DNA from: an uncultured delta proteobacterium
GTDB taxonomy: Bacteria > Desulfobacterota > Desulfobacteria > Desulfobacterales > JAFDCJ01
Length of the DNA: 64,000 nucleotides
Assembly: GCA_963769935.1 (NCBI GenBank)
Contig: CAVYNY010000013.1
Span: 352,001 to 416,000, forward strand
Direction of reading: 5' to 3'
Shown here: positions 30,997-40,477 of the stretch, one piece after another
How positions within the stretch are numbered: position 1 is the stretch's first letter
How the letters are laid out: the number at the start of each line of letters is the position of its first letter
Position numbers and translations under genes: made by a program
The notes under the pieces: model-generated
The model's input: only the letters and a program-made list of their open reading frames with translations
Databases searched by the model: none
Told to the model about the DNA's origin: nothing

Positions 30997-31646
30997 TAAA
31001 CCCGCCTTTTCATCGTCATGATGTTTATCCGTTTCGACACCCTGTCGGCCTGATCTGATATTTCGCCCAGCACAATGACTATCTCTTTTAACTGCAGTTT
31101 GAGATATGGCTCTACATCGGTTTCAAAGAGTTTGGTGATGATGCGCCGCTCGATATGATCGCAGTGGCTCTCGTTTTGATCAATGGTCGACATTAAGGCC
31201 CGGACGCCCTCTTTTTTCTTGATCCACACATCAATTTGCTTGGCCATCAGATCGCAGCTTTCCATGGAAACCCGGATAAGTTCCTGAATGTCGAGGATCA
31301 AGAAATCAGGAAAGCTTAGCTTTTGCGTACGAACCATGTTTAAGACCTGCTCGAAGGAACGCGGCACCGCATCGACCTTTTCAAGCAGCGCCATAATATC
31401 TTCGCGGGATTCGGGGATCAGGGCCCGGCTGTACATGAGTTCATTTATTTCATCCCGCAGGTCGTCGGCCCGGGACTCGAACTTGTGGGTCTGCTCCATT
31501 AGAAAACAAAAATCGTCGCTGACCCCTGTTTTCAAACACAAATTCATGGCCTTGACAAAATGGTTTTGAGTCATGCCCAAATTTTCCAGGTAATTGTAAA
31601 TCAGAGATTCAAGCTGGCGCTCTTTTTTAAAAAACACACTTAGCAT
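30996..31646 (-). CDS. DUF47 (PhoU-like) phosphate transport regulator
   Basis: ESRADD, ESHCDH, SDQAD repeats; stop overlaps the PiT start. Confidence 0.88.
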   Translation of the reverse strand: MLSVFFKKERQLESLIYNYLENLGMTQNHFVKAMNLCLKTGVSDDFCFLMEQTHKFESRADDLRDEINELMYSRALIPESREDIMALLEKVDAVPRSFEQVLNMVRTQKLSFPDFLILDIQELIRVSMESCDLMAKQIDVWIKKKEGVRALMSTIDQNESHCDHIERRIITKLFETDVEPYLKLQLKEIVIVLGEISDQADRVSKRINIMTMKRRV

Positions 31647-31875
31647 CAGAATTCACTCCTAACTTGATATTGGTTCAAAATCACATCCATTCCCCTAATC
31701 GGAACAGGCATCCGACGCCGCTCTATGGCCGGATTTTAAGCGATAGGTCCTGAAATTCTCGCAGCGTCCGTCCGCTATTACCTCTCATTTCCTCGACAAA
31801 AAAGTGGTGATACCCTACTTCATGTTGTAAACTTTTTCAACCGCCAAGCTTTCCTGTTATATGGCGGCAAAACAG

Positions 31876-31921
31876 AGAACAGATGGTTCTCAAACCGGAG
31901 GGCATCAGAACTCCGTCTTCC
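31876..31921. promoter_or_regulatory. Pair of palindromic activator sites, 31 bp apart
   Basis: AGAA-CAGATGG-TTCT (31876-31890) and AGAA-CTCCGTC-TTCC (31907-31921). Confidence 0.65.
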
Positions 31922-31990
31922 GATTTTAAGCGCATTTCAGACCTCTTTCACCTGTCGGATCTCATTTTCTCTGATTTGCACCATTGCGCT

Positions 31991-32006
31991 GGGCATATTT
32001 TTTGCG
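31991..32006 (+). promoter_or_regulatory. sigma54-like promoter upstream of the DksA/TraR remnant
   Basis: GGGCAT-ATTTT-TTGCG with correct GG-N10-GC spacing. Confidence 0.55.
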
Positions 32007-32131
32007 CCAAGTGATTTGGGATCGAAATTCGGATTTAACTTTCGCAGGATATTTTGGGTCACCGGAAAAAAAGGGCAGGATACCATTAAAACAGGATACC
32101 ATTAAAATAAGATCAGGCTGCCGGAAGACGA

Positions 32132-32345
32132 ATGACAGCCCGGGAGCTGAAAGAAGCCAAACAAATCCGGCTTAATCGAAGAATCAAGCTATGGCAGGAA
32201 ATCAGCAAAGAGATCCAGGAGACGCTGCGTCGAATAAAAAACGGCAAATACGGCTGCTGTCGGGAAGACGGGAACTGGCGTCGGCCGACCCGCCTTAAGG
32301 CTGTGCCGTATGCCGTTTTTTGCCTATCCCGACAGGCGAACGTTG
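32132..32345 (+). pseudogene. Degenerate DksA/TraR zinc-finger remnant
   Basis: EIQETLRRIKNGKYGCCREDG...RLKAVPYAVFCLSRQ: DksA C-terminal pattern with the second Cys of each CxxC lost. Confidence 0.7.
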
Positions 32346-32360
32346 CGATCCTGCGATATT

Positions 32361-32654
32361 CTATTCATCGTCGTCCAGATTGTAATTGGTCCGGTAGTCA
32401 TTTTCATCATGCAGGACCTCATAGCCGGTTACCAGTATCCTGTTTTTGCCCTTCGGATCCCGGCTGACATATCCGGTGACCCGAACATCATTTTCAATTT
32501 CTTTGCCAAGTTTCTCTACCCACTCGTTCGCTTCAACCACATACTCCTCATCTCCAGTGGAGATGGCAATTCCCTTGACCCAACCTTTATCTTCAATTTC
32601 ATAGACAAAACCAATCAAGGTTTCTTCTTTTTCGGCTGTATTATTTATAAACAT
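32361..32654 (-). CDS. Small beta-rich hypothetical protein, paralog A
   Basis: AAGGAGG RBS. G..KGIAIST.DEEYVVE...L...I...VRVTG....G...I.V..Y pattern shared with 50559-50837 and 63519-63758. Confidence 0.85.
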   Translation of the reverse strand: MFINNTAEKEETLIGFVYEIEDKGWVKGIAISTGDEEYVVEANEWVEKLGKEIENDVRVTGYVSRDPKGKNRILVTGYEVLHDENDYRTNYNLDDDE

Positions 32655-32753
32655 TTATTAATCCTCCTTGGGCGCAACCTTTACGTCTCGCAATTACTAC
32701 AACTGAATCAAATTGCAGAAATTCTTCTCGATTCCGGAACCACGCTCCGCTAA

Positions 32754-32909
32754 GGGTTCACGAAAAAATATGTTCACAATTCTAGGCGTTGCGGCGCCCG
32801 TCTGGCAAAGCGCGAAAACGCGGGAATATCTGGATATTCCGAGCTTTCGCAACGCTGCCAGGCGGAATGCAGCGGCGGTTAAAATGTGAAGTTAATTTTG
32901 AGTGAGCCC
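32754..32909. mobile_element. 156 bp MITE, copy 1
   Basis: Imperfect ~25 bp TIRs GGGTTCACGAAAAAA...TTCACA / TGTGAA...TTTTGAGTGAGCCC, flanked by TAA...TAA. Central palindrome GGAATATCTGGATATTCC. Second copy at 53031-53186. Confidence 0.88.
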
Positions 32910-32985
32910 TAAGCCCGGCATGACGCCGATAGTTGCCGGCTCGATGGTATCATCTTGGCGAGCGGCACGGACCATTAGTCTGGAT

Positions 32986-33182
32986 AGCAAAAAGCGTGCT
33001 AAATTTATAACCCTTTGAAATCAAAGCGATCATTGCGCAGGCCGATGAGGAACCGGAACAGCCGATTCCGAAATACCGCCGGATTTTGCTCGAATCAGGA
33101 ACTGCTGATTCCGATTGGATCAGGCTGAATTCGAAAAACTATATTAATTCTCGATCCTTACGAACTTTGCACTCTTTTTGCA
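32986..33182. promoter_or_regulatory. Divergent control region: two palindromic sites and two imperfect sigma54 promoters
   Basis: Minus TAGCAC-GCTTT-TTGCT (32986-33001); GGAA-CAGCCGA-TTCC (33055-33069); GGAA-CTGCTGA-TTCC (33098-33112); plus TTGCAC-TCTTT-TTGCA (33167-33182). Confidence 0.65.
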
Positions 33183-33297
33183 TATATAGGCCTTGAAATA
33201 TAAGTTAACTTTGCCTGAAAAATAGCTTAAAATATATATAGAGACGGCGATTAGAAGAGGGCTTCCAAGGCACCTGTCGACATGGAGATGTAAGATT

Positions 33298-34530
33298 TTG
33301 GATAAAAACGATCACCTAAGTTGTTCATTTTGCGGCAAAAATCAAAACGATGTCAAAAAATTAATTGCCGGACCGGCCGTGTATATCTGTAATGAGTGTA
33401 TTCTGCTGAGCGCAGAAATCCTGAATGAGGAACTGCAGGCGGAAGAAATTGCGACCCGGCGGATATTGACGCCGCGGGATATCAAGGCCCGGCTGGATGC
33501 CTATGTCATTGGACAGGATGCGGCCAAAAAAACGCTCTCGGTCGCCGTTTACAACCACTACAAACGTCTCGGTGTTCCCAGCATGACAGACGAGGTGGAG
33601 ATTCAGAAAAGCAATATCCTGCTCATCGGTTCGACCGGAACCGGCAAAACCCTGCTGGCCCAGACTCTGGCCCGCTTCCTCGATGTACCGTTTGCCATCG
33701 CCGACGCCACCACCCTTACCCAGGCCGGGTATGTGGGCGAAGACGCTGAAAACATTATCCTTTATCTGCTGCAGAATGCGGGCTACGACCTGGAGCGCAC
33801 CCAACGCGGGGTGGTCTACATCGACGAAATCGACAAGATTGCCAGAAAACCTGGATTTTCTTCGACAACCCGCGACGTATCGGGCGAAGGGGTCCAGCAG
33901 GCGCTGCTGAAGATTCTCGAGGGAACGCTCACCAGCGTACCGGTAAAGGGGGGGCGCAAACATCCCCAGCAGGATTTCGTCAAGGTTGACACCACCAACA
34001 TCCTTTTTATCTGCGGGGGAACCTTCACCGGGCTGGACCGAATTATTCAACGCCGTCTGGGTGCCAAAGTTATGGGGTTCGGCGCCAAAATCGCCCGGCA
34101 GCAGGAACGCGAATCCGGTGATATCTTGAGAATGGTCCAGCCTGAGGACCTGCTGGATTTCGGCCTGATTCCCGAATTTATCGGTCGCCTGCCGGTGTTA
34201 GCCGCCCTGCCGGATCTCAATCGGGAGTCCTTGGTGCGGATATTGCTGGAACCTAAAAATGCCATTGTCAAACAGCTGCAAAAACTCTTTGAAATGGAGG
34301 GGGTGCACCTCAGATTTACCGAAGAAGCGCTGAAGGCCACCGCCCAAGAGGCCATCGGTCGCAAGTCCGGCGCCAGAGGACTGCGGACCATTTTAGAGGA
34401 CTGTCTGCTGGATATCATGTATGAGCTTCCTTCCCTTGAAAATGTCAAGGAGTGTGTCATCGATGAAGATGTGGTTTTAAAAAAGGGCAAGCCCTTTTTA
34501 ATCTACGAATCGGTTAAACAACTTGCTTAG
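33298..34530 (+). CDS. clpX: ATP-dependent Clp protease ATP-binding subunit ClpX
   Basis: CSFC..C..C zinc domain, [44 protein letters not shown] loop, GARGLR. Confidence 0.95.
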   Translation: MDKNDHLSCSFCGKNQNDVKKLIAGPAVYICNECILLSAEILNEELQAEEIATRRILTPRDIKARLDAYVIGQDAAKKTLSVAVYNHYKRLGVPSMTDEVEIQKSNILLIGSTGTGKTLLAQTLARFLDVPFAIADATTLTQAGYVGEDAENIILYLLQNAGYDLERTQRGVVYIDEIDKIARKPGFSSTTRDVSGEGVQQALLKILEGTLTSVPVKGGRKHPQQDFVKVDTTNILFICGGTFTGLDRIIQRRLGAKVMGFGAKIARQQERESGDILRMVQPEDLLDFGLIPEFIGRLPVLAALPDLNRESLVRILLEPKNAIVKQLQKLFEMEGVHLRFTEEALKATAQEAIGRKSGARGLRTILEDCLLDIMYELPSLENVKECVIDEDVVLKKGKPFLIYESVKQLA

Positions 34531-34567
34531 GTGGAACATTTACAATCCCAATCGATAGGACCGCGTA

Positions 34568-35314
34568 ATGAAACGATTTGTCAAAGACATCGATCCATAT
34601 AGTACTATGGTTTTTGTTATATTTTGGCTGGCCTGCTGCGGGGCACTTCTTATTCCGGCATCGGCCCTCGGCGAAAATTCGGTTGCCGATGCAATCATTT
34701 CATTGGAAGTAGCCGATAAACCCTTGGGGGAAGTACTGGAAAACATCTCGGACGCCGCAGGCTGTCAATTCAATATCGATGCCAGCTGGGAAGATTATCC
34801 CATCACGGCATCTTTCAAAAATGAACCCTTGTACCGGGTTTTAAAAAGAATCTTTCGCGATCTCAACAATGCCGTCATTTACGGTTCGGATCGCAAAATA
34901 AAGATAATTATTTACGATGAAAGCGCGCCCGCCGGTAAGAAGACCGGCTATGCGATTGCCATCAAACCGGCCGAAACCGCCATGTCGCAAGCCCAGCCCG
35001 ACAGTGATGCAACTGCCCCCCAACCTGAAGTCCCGGCTGCTGAAGACAGCAGCAGTGCGGAAAATATCGAACAGCCCTCGGAAGAAAATGCCGGGTCGGT
35101 TTCGGAAGCAAATCAGGCCGGCACTGAAAACACGGAAGTCAATGAAGAATCCGGTGAGACGCAAGCCGAAGAGAAGACCCCGGCCGTTGAGACGGAACAG
35201 AATGACAACACCGCTGTTCAAAACAGCAGTCCAACCGAATCGACCGGGTCCGCTGCCGACAGCTCGGAGAGTACCGAAAAAAAAGAAAACAGTGAGGAAT
35301 CCAATCAAAATTAA
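34568..35314 (+). CDS. Hypothetical exported protein: secretin-N/STN-like domain plus acidic disordered tail
   Basis: Signal peptide; ISLEVADKPLGEVLENISD...ITASFKNEPLYRVLKRIF; Glu/Ser/Thr-rich C-terminal half. Confidence 0.7.
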   Translation: MKRFVKDIDPYSTMVFVIFWLACCGALLIPASALGENSVADAIISLEVADKPLGEVLENISDAAGCQFNIDASWEDYPITASFKNEPLYRVLKRIFRDLNNAVIYGSDRKIKIIIYDESAPAGKKTGYAIAIKPAETAMSQAQPDSDATAPQPEVPAAEDSSSAENIEQPSEENAGSVSEANQAGTENTEVNEESGETQAEEKTPAVETEQNDNTAVQNSSPTESTGSAADSSESTEKKENSEESNQN

Positions 35315-35639
35315 ACCCGAATTGAATAAGCGGCCGGAAGACATGCGGCAGTCGCCGACATTTGTAACCGGGGCGCAAATTCAAGAAGTTCTTGCAACTT
35401 CTCAGCAGCTGAAAATACCGGCCTGCAGAAGTGAGAATTGATCCTGCCTGAATATCATGCCTGGCAACCCAAAAAATCATCATATGGCGACGATTTTTTA
35501 TTGACCCATCCAATGCTGTCGGGTTAGAGAATACCCGCCAATTGCCATATCGCCGGAAAAGTAGAATAAAATTTCGCCCGGCCGCTGTCCCGGTCCATCG
35601 CGGGAACCGGCCGCCGTGGACGAATCACCTTTCAGGCCC

Positions 35640-36851
35640 ATGAAACGACCCATCATCCGTTTTTATAATGTCTTCAAAAAATTCGATGCCAACCAGGTGC
35701 TGGCCGGCGTCAGTCTGAGAATTTTTCAAGGGGAAGTAGCCACCATTATGGGCAAAAGCGGCGTGGGCAAAAGTGTACTGCTCAAGCACATCATCGGCCT
35801 TTTGCAGCCGGATGCGGGTGAAATTCTCCTTTACGGGCAGCCCATGTCCAAGATGAAGGCGTCAAAAATCAACAAGCTGCGGGCCAAGTTCAGCTACGTT
35901 TTTCAGGATACGGCGCTTTTCGACTCCCTGACCGTCTACAACAACATTGCCCTGCCCCTGCTGGAAGGGACATCAATGGCAAAATCGGAAATCAGGGAAC
36001 GGGTGCAGCAAAAAATGCAGCAGTTCGAGCTGGAGGCGTTTCGTGACAAATTTCCCGCCCAGCTATCCGGCGGTATGAAACGGCGGGTCGCCCTGGCAAG
36101 AGCGCTGGTAACAGATCCTGAGGTGGTTTTGCTGGATGAGCCGACCGCCGGCCTTGACCCTGTACGCCGCAACGCGGTATATGCCATGATTGTGGACTTC
36201 CAGAAAAAATTCGGCTTTACCGCGGTCATGATCAGCCATGAAGTCCCGGATGTCTTTTTTTTCTCCCAACGAATCGTCATGCTGGATGAGGGTAAAATCC
36301 GGTTTGAGGGCTCCCCCGAGGAGCTTCAGCGCTGCTCCGACTCGGCGGTTCAGCTGTTCATCCAGGGCTTGGAAAAGCCGCGCGACGCCCTGACCGGCAT
36401 GGCTACGCCGGTGCAGGGGGAACGCAAATTCCATGAAGCGTTGGCGCACCTGCAGCGTCACCAGATTGTCTTCTCCGTGGTGATGCTCACCGTTGAAAAC
36501 CTGGCTGAAATTAACGAAAAAATCGGGCATGTGGGAGGCCAGACCATGCTCAAAAACTTTGCCGCTCAGATAAAGCAGCGTCTCGACCTCACCGATTCCT
36601 GCTCCCGCTACAGCATGGACAAGATACTCGTCGTGCTGCACAACGCCGGCATCGACGACGCCCGCCGGTTTGCAACCCGGCTGGCCCGGGAACTGAAAAC
36701 TGAGGATCTGATACACAGAAACGAGAATCCTGATCTGTCGGTTCGGATCAGCGCCGGCTACGCCCAGGCCGAAGAAGACAGCCTGATCAAAGCGGTGCTG
36801 GCAAATGCGGAATCAAAAGACAGCCTGTACTACGAATTTGAGTTGAAATAA
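35640..36851 (+). CDS. MlaF/Mkl-like ABC ATPase fused to a degenerate GGDEF domain
   Basis: GKSGVGKS, LSGGMKRR, LLDEP, SH. C-terminal NLAEINEKIGHVGGQTML...SRYSMDKILV...ISAGYA is a GGDEF fold without the signature. Confidence 0.85.
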   Translation: MKRPIIRFYNVFKKFDANQVLAGVSLRIFQGEVATIMGKSGVGKSVLLKHIIGLLQPDAGEILLYGQPMSKMKASKINKLRAKFSYVFQDTALFDSLTVYNNIALPLLEGTSMAKSEIRERVQQKMQQFELEAFRDKFPAQLSGGMKRRVALARALVTDPEVVLLDEPTAGLDPVRRNAVYAMIVDFQKKFGFTAVMISHEVPDVFFFSQRIVMLDEGKIRFEGSPEELQRCSDSAVQLFIQGLEKPRDALTGMATPVQGERKFHEALAHLQRHQIVFSVVMLTVENLAEINEKIGHVGGQTMLKNFAAQIKQRLDLTDSCSRYSMDKILVVLHNAGIDDARRFATRLARELKTEDLIHRNENPDLSVRISAGYAQAEEDSLIKAVLANAESKDSLYYEFELK

Positions 36852-36866
36852 CACTCCTGATCGAAA

Positions 36867-39116
36867 TTAGAGTGACTTGCAGTAAATGACTTTGTTGTCG
36901 CCCGGAGCGTAGAATTCCGTTAGCACCGCATCCAGCCGGTAGCCGGCATTTTCATAAAAGGCGCGCGTGCTGGCATACTGCAGGCGCTGGGAGGTGTCCA
37001 CATAGATGCGGCTGCCGCCGGCATCCCGGATCAGGTGCTCGGTCTCCTGCAGCAGCCTTTGCCCCAGCCCTTTGCCCTGTATATCCGGATGCACCGCAAT
37101 CCAGTATAGATCGTAGCTGCCGACGGTACACGAAATCTGCCCGTAGCAGGCATAGCCCACCAGGCGGCCGTACTGTTCAGCCATCACGAAATTGTAACCG
37201 CTGGCCGCACCCCGTGCAAGGCGCTCCTGGGCTAGTTCCTCGGCCACATCGACCTCCTCCTGCGAAAAAAAGCCGGTAACCTCAACCAGATGACGAATGC
37301 GTCCGGGGTCTTCCGGCTGCAGTTCATGCCGCAGTTGAATGCCTTGCAGCCTTTCAGGCGAAACTTTGTGGCTTTCGGCCCAACGCTGGGCCGCAAAGGA
37401 CAGCCCTTTAAAGAAATGCAGGGCATTGGTTCCCAGACTGCGGGTCCGATAGCCCCCTTCCTGGACCACCAGCGTCGGCAGGCCCAAACCACCGATCAGG
37501 CGACCGTTGGCCTCGAAATCTTTGGCATTCAGGGACCAGGTACCGGTGGGATCCCCTTTGGCCGGATCCAACCCCAGCGCCACGACCAGGAAATCGGGTT
37601 TAAAATCCGCGATGCGGCGCAGGGCCTTTTCCAGTGCCTTGAGGTGGGCGGCCCCGTCGACGGCCTCCGGCAGCGGCAGGTTCAGGTTGAAGCCCTCCCC
37701 TTCTCCCTCCCCGCACTCCTCCTTGAAACCGCTGAAATAGGGATAGGCAAAGGTGGGATGGCCGTGAATCGAAACGGTCAGGACATCGCTGCGGCGGTAA
37801 AAAATATCCTGCTGCCCGTTGCCGTGGTGATAGTCGATATCCAAAATGGCTACCCGGCCGTACGCGGTCAGGTATTCGGCCGCGATGGCATTGTTGTTGA
37901 AATAACAAAAGCCGCCGAAGTTGCGCCGCTCGGCGTGGTGTCCCGGCGGGCGCACCAGCGCGTAGGTAATCCTGCGGCCTGCCAGCAGCTCGCGGGCGGC
38001 GGTCAGCGCGCAATCGACACCCCGGCGCGCCGCCGGAAAGGCATTGCGATGTATAGGGGTGAAGGTGTCGATACAGTAGTAGCCGGCGAGCACCGAGGGT
38101 TCGTGCGGCGGCCGCGTCTTGTTGCGGATGGGAAAAATGTACGGGTAAAGGGATTTTTTCTCGTCGACTTCCCGGCAGGCCCGCCGCAGATAGTTGACAA
38201 AATCGGCGTCATGGACGGCATAAAGGTGCTTGTCCGGAAATTTGCGCGGTTTGACTTCAACGAACAGCCCGTGGGGCATCAGGGCCGCAGTAATGCTGCG
38301 AATGCGAACCGGGGATTCCACGTAACCGCGATCATGCACATGATGGATGTCATGGCGGTCATTAATGACGACCACGATCTGCTCATCGGATTGCGACGTC
38401 ACGGTCGCGCGCACGGCTTCGGGCTTGACATAGCGAAAAGGACGCAGCTGAACCGGGTCGTCGCGAAAGGAACGGATAACTTTGGTCACGTATTCAGGCG
38501 GACAGTAGTCCGCGTATTTGCGCTCCAGCAAGGCGCGTACGGCTTTCCTGGCAAAACTGCAGCGCGGCGCTTTGATCCGGTCCAAACCGTCGTAAACCAG
38601 ATGCGGCATGCAGCGGTCACCAGGTTTGACCGGCAGTTCGTAGTTCGTGTTGATGATCGGTCGCGCGCCGTAGCGTTCGTAAAAGCGCAAACGCGCCCGG
38701 TTCTCCTTTAAAAGGGCTTCGTCCGGGCAGGCTTCGAATTCGTCGGGCAGGCATTCAAAAAACAGACCTTTGGCGTCCAGGGCCACCGCTTCGCGGCGCA
38801 CGCGGTCGTAGAGGGCCCCGCCGAAACCCCCGCCGGTTTTGCCCTTGACGGAGGCAATCCAGTCTAAAAAACAGAAGCCGATCTGCGGTTCGTGCAGCAG
38901 CATGGCAAACCCCAGCACGCGCCGGCGCAGGTTCTCGGCCACAAAAAGGATGCTGCGCAAGCGCTGTTTGAATGGATTGCGCAGCTTTTCACCGATCAGA
39001 TCAATTTCTTCGGCCGGCACTGCACTGAAGCGGCTCTGCAAAATGGCTTTAACCTGCCGCAAAATTTCGCGGTTGACCGGCACGATATCATCATAGATAC
39101 GACGTATTCGGAGCAT
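36867..39116 (-). CDS. GNAT - HDAC/acetylpolyamine amidohydrolase - GNAT fusion protein
   Basis: N-terminal GNAT-like part (GGGFGGALY, RLRFYERYG); HDAC RPPGHHA, GFCYFNN, DIDYHHGNG, GLD, EGGY; C-terminal GNAT HPDIQGKGLG, RAFYENAGY. Confidence 0.9.
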   Translation of the reverse strand: MLRIRRIYDDIVPVNREILRQVKAILQSRFSAVPAEEIDLIGEKLRNPFKQRLRSILFVAENLRRRVLGFAMLLHEPQIGFCFLDWIASVKGKTGGGFGGALYDRVRREAVALDAKGLFFECLPDEFEACPDEALLKENRARLRFYERYGARPIINTNYELPVKPGDRCMPHLVYDGLDRIKAPRCSFARKAVRALLERKYADYCPPEYVTKVIRSFRDDPVQLRPFRYVKPEAVRATVTSQSDEQIVVVINDRHDIHHVHDRGYVESPVRIRSITAALMPHGLFVEVKPRKFPDKHLYAVHDADFVNYLRRACREVDEKKSLYPYIFPIRNKTRPPHEPSVLAGYYCIDTFTPIHRNAFPAARRGVDCALTAARELLAGRRITYALVRPPGHHAERRNFGGFCYFNNNAIAAEYLTAYGRVAILDIDYHHGNGQQDIFYRRSDVLTVSIHGHPTFAYPYFSGFKEECGEGEGEGFNLNLPLPEAVDGAAHLKALEKALRRIADFKPDFLVVALGLDPAKGDPTGTWSLNAKDFEANGRLIGGLGLPTLVVQEGGYRTRSLGTNALHFFKGLSFAAQRWAESHKVSPERLQGIQLRHELQPEDPGRIRHLVEVTGFFSQEEVDVAEELAQERLARGAASGYNFVMAEQYGRLVGYACYGQISCTVGSYDLYWIAVHPDIQGKGLGQRLLQETEHLIRDAGGSRIYVDTSQRLQYASTRAFYENAGYRLDAVLTEFYAPGDNKVIYCKSL

Positions 39117-39210
39117 CTTTACAAACTCTTTATCTCTGTCTCAACCCGGACAAGACGGTTGGACTGAAAGGGAAATCCCGATTCATCGGGGAACCATAAA
39201 GTGCACATTA

Positions 39211-39283
39211 ATCACGAAAGCACGAAAGGACGAAAACACGAAATGTAGAGAAGATAAATTTCGTGTTTTCAAGATTTCGTGAT
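39211..39283. repeat. Inverted 8-mer tandem repeat (CACGAAAA) inside the kamA operon
   Basis: ATCACGAAAGCACGAAAGGACGAAAACACGAAAT ... ATTTCGTGTTTTCAAGATTTCGTGAT; same family at 61677-61735. Confidence 0.8.
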
Positions 39284-39325
39284 AATAATATTTTTCCATA
39301 AAATGCAAAGAAATCACAATTAAGA

Positions 39326-40378
39326 CTAATGCAGATCGGCCGACCGGATGCGGCGGTATTGCGGCTGCTCGATCCCGTCGGCAACAATCCGTTTTACCGC
39401 CAGGGTAAAATCGATCCCGGCCCGCGCCAGGGCGGCGGCAAAACCGGCGTCAGGGCTTAGACACGGATTGGCGTTGATTTCCAAAATCCAGGGCCGTCCC
39501 TGCCCATCGACCCGATAATCGACCCGGGCATAGCCTCGCAGTCCGAACAATTGCCAAGCTTGCAAGGCCAAGGCCTGCAGCTCGTCGAGCAGGGGGTTGT
39601 CTTCGGTACCGAAATCGAACCTGCGGGGCGTGCGCTGATAATCGTCGGAGTTCACGTCCCATTTGGCACGATAACCGACAATCCGCGGCTGGCCGGCGCC
39701 AAACCCTTCGAAGCTGATCTCGGCCGGCGGCAACACCTGCGGGCCCTTGGGACCGGCCAGGACGGACAAATTAAATTCCCGGCCTTCGACAAAGACCTCG
39801 GCAAAACAAACTCCGCCCAGCGAGGGGGCGCGCCTTTGCATCGTCTGCTCCAGGCTCTGATCGCAGGTGTCTTCGACGATATTGTCCGCCTCCAGACCCA
39901 CCGAGGCATGCTCCCATAAGGATTTGATGATCCAGTGCTGCCCGGAAGAAGCCTGCCGGCCGACAGGCCGTAAAGATGGCGCCGACGGCAAATCCTGTGG
40001 GCAGGGTCCGGTCCAGGCCGGGGTCGGCAACTGCGCGGCAACCATGCGCTCTTTGGCCATTACCTTGTGGGATGTCAACCAGATGGCTTCGGCAGGGGCG
40101 CCGGTGTACCGCAGCCCCATGGCATCCAGCAGTGATGGAACCAGATGAATCAGACATCCGTGTCCGGCCAGAGACTCCACCAGGTTGAACACGAGATCCG
40201 GCCGCTGGGCTTGCAACTGATCGCGCAGCTGTCCCAACTCCAACCCGGCGGGCAGCGAAAAAGTCTCGTGACCCAAAGCCCGCAAGGCCTTTCGGACGGC
40301 ATCCACCTGGACCAGCACGTCCTGCTCATCCGCCGGACCGTCGTCCGTCACGGCGTTGTAAACCACCGACACACGCAT
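39326..40378 (-). CDS. D-Ala-D-Ala ligase-like ATP-grasp protein 2
   Basis: VFNLVES, YTG, IIKS..EHASVG, EVFVEGREF, ARVDYR, LEINANP. Confidence 0.9.
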   Translation of the reverse strand: MRVSVVYNAVTDDGPADEQDVLVQVDAVRKALRALGHETFSLPAGLELGQLRDQLQAQRPDLVFNLVESLAGHGCLIHLVPSLLDAMGLRYTGAPAEAIWLTSHKVMAKERMVAAQLPTPAWTGPCPQDLPSAPSLRPVGRQASSGQHWIIKSLWEHASVGLEADNIVEDTCDQSLEQTMQRRAPSLGGVCFAEVFVEGREFNLSVLAGPKGPQVLPPAEISFEGFGAGQPRIVGYRAKWDVNSDDYQRTPRRFDFGTEDNPLLDELQALALQAWQLFGLRGYARVDYRVDGQGRPWILEINANPCLSPDAGFAAALARAGIDFTLAVKRIVADGIEQPQYRRIRSADLH

Positions 40379-40477
40379 TGTTAGCTCCCACGCTTCTGCG
40401 GTCCGCACCATCATTCGCAGGACGAAAGATCAGATTAAGCCGACCTGGATACGCCGGGTCTGAACTAAAATTCGGAC

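Noticed and set aside
32310..32753. 147 aa plus-strand ORF
   Set aside because: Antisense to paralog A, which has the RBS and the family similarity.
37290..38711. 473 aa plus-strand ORF
   Set aside because: Antisense shadow of the GNAT-HDAC-GNAT gene; expected in GC-rich coding DNA.
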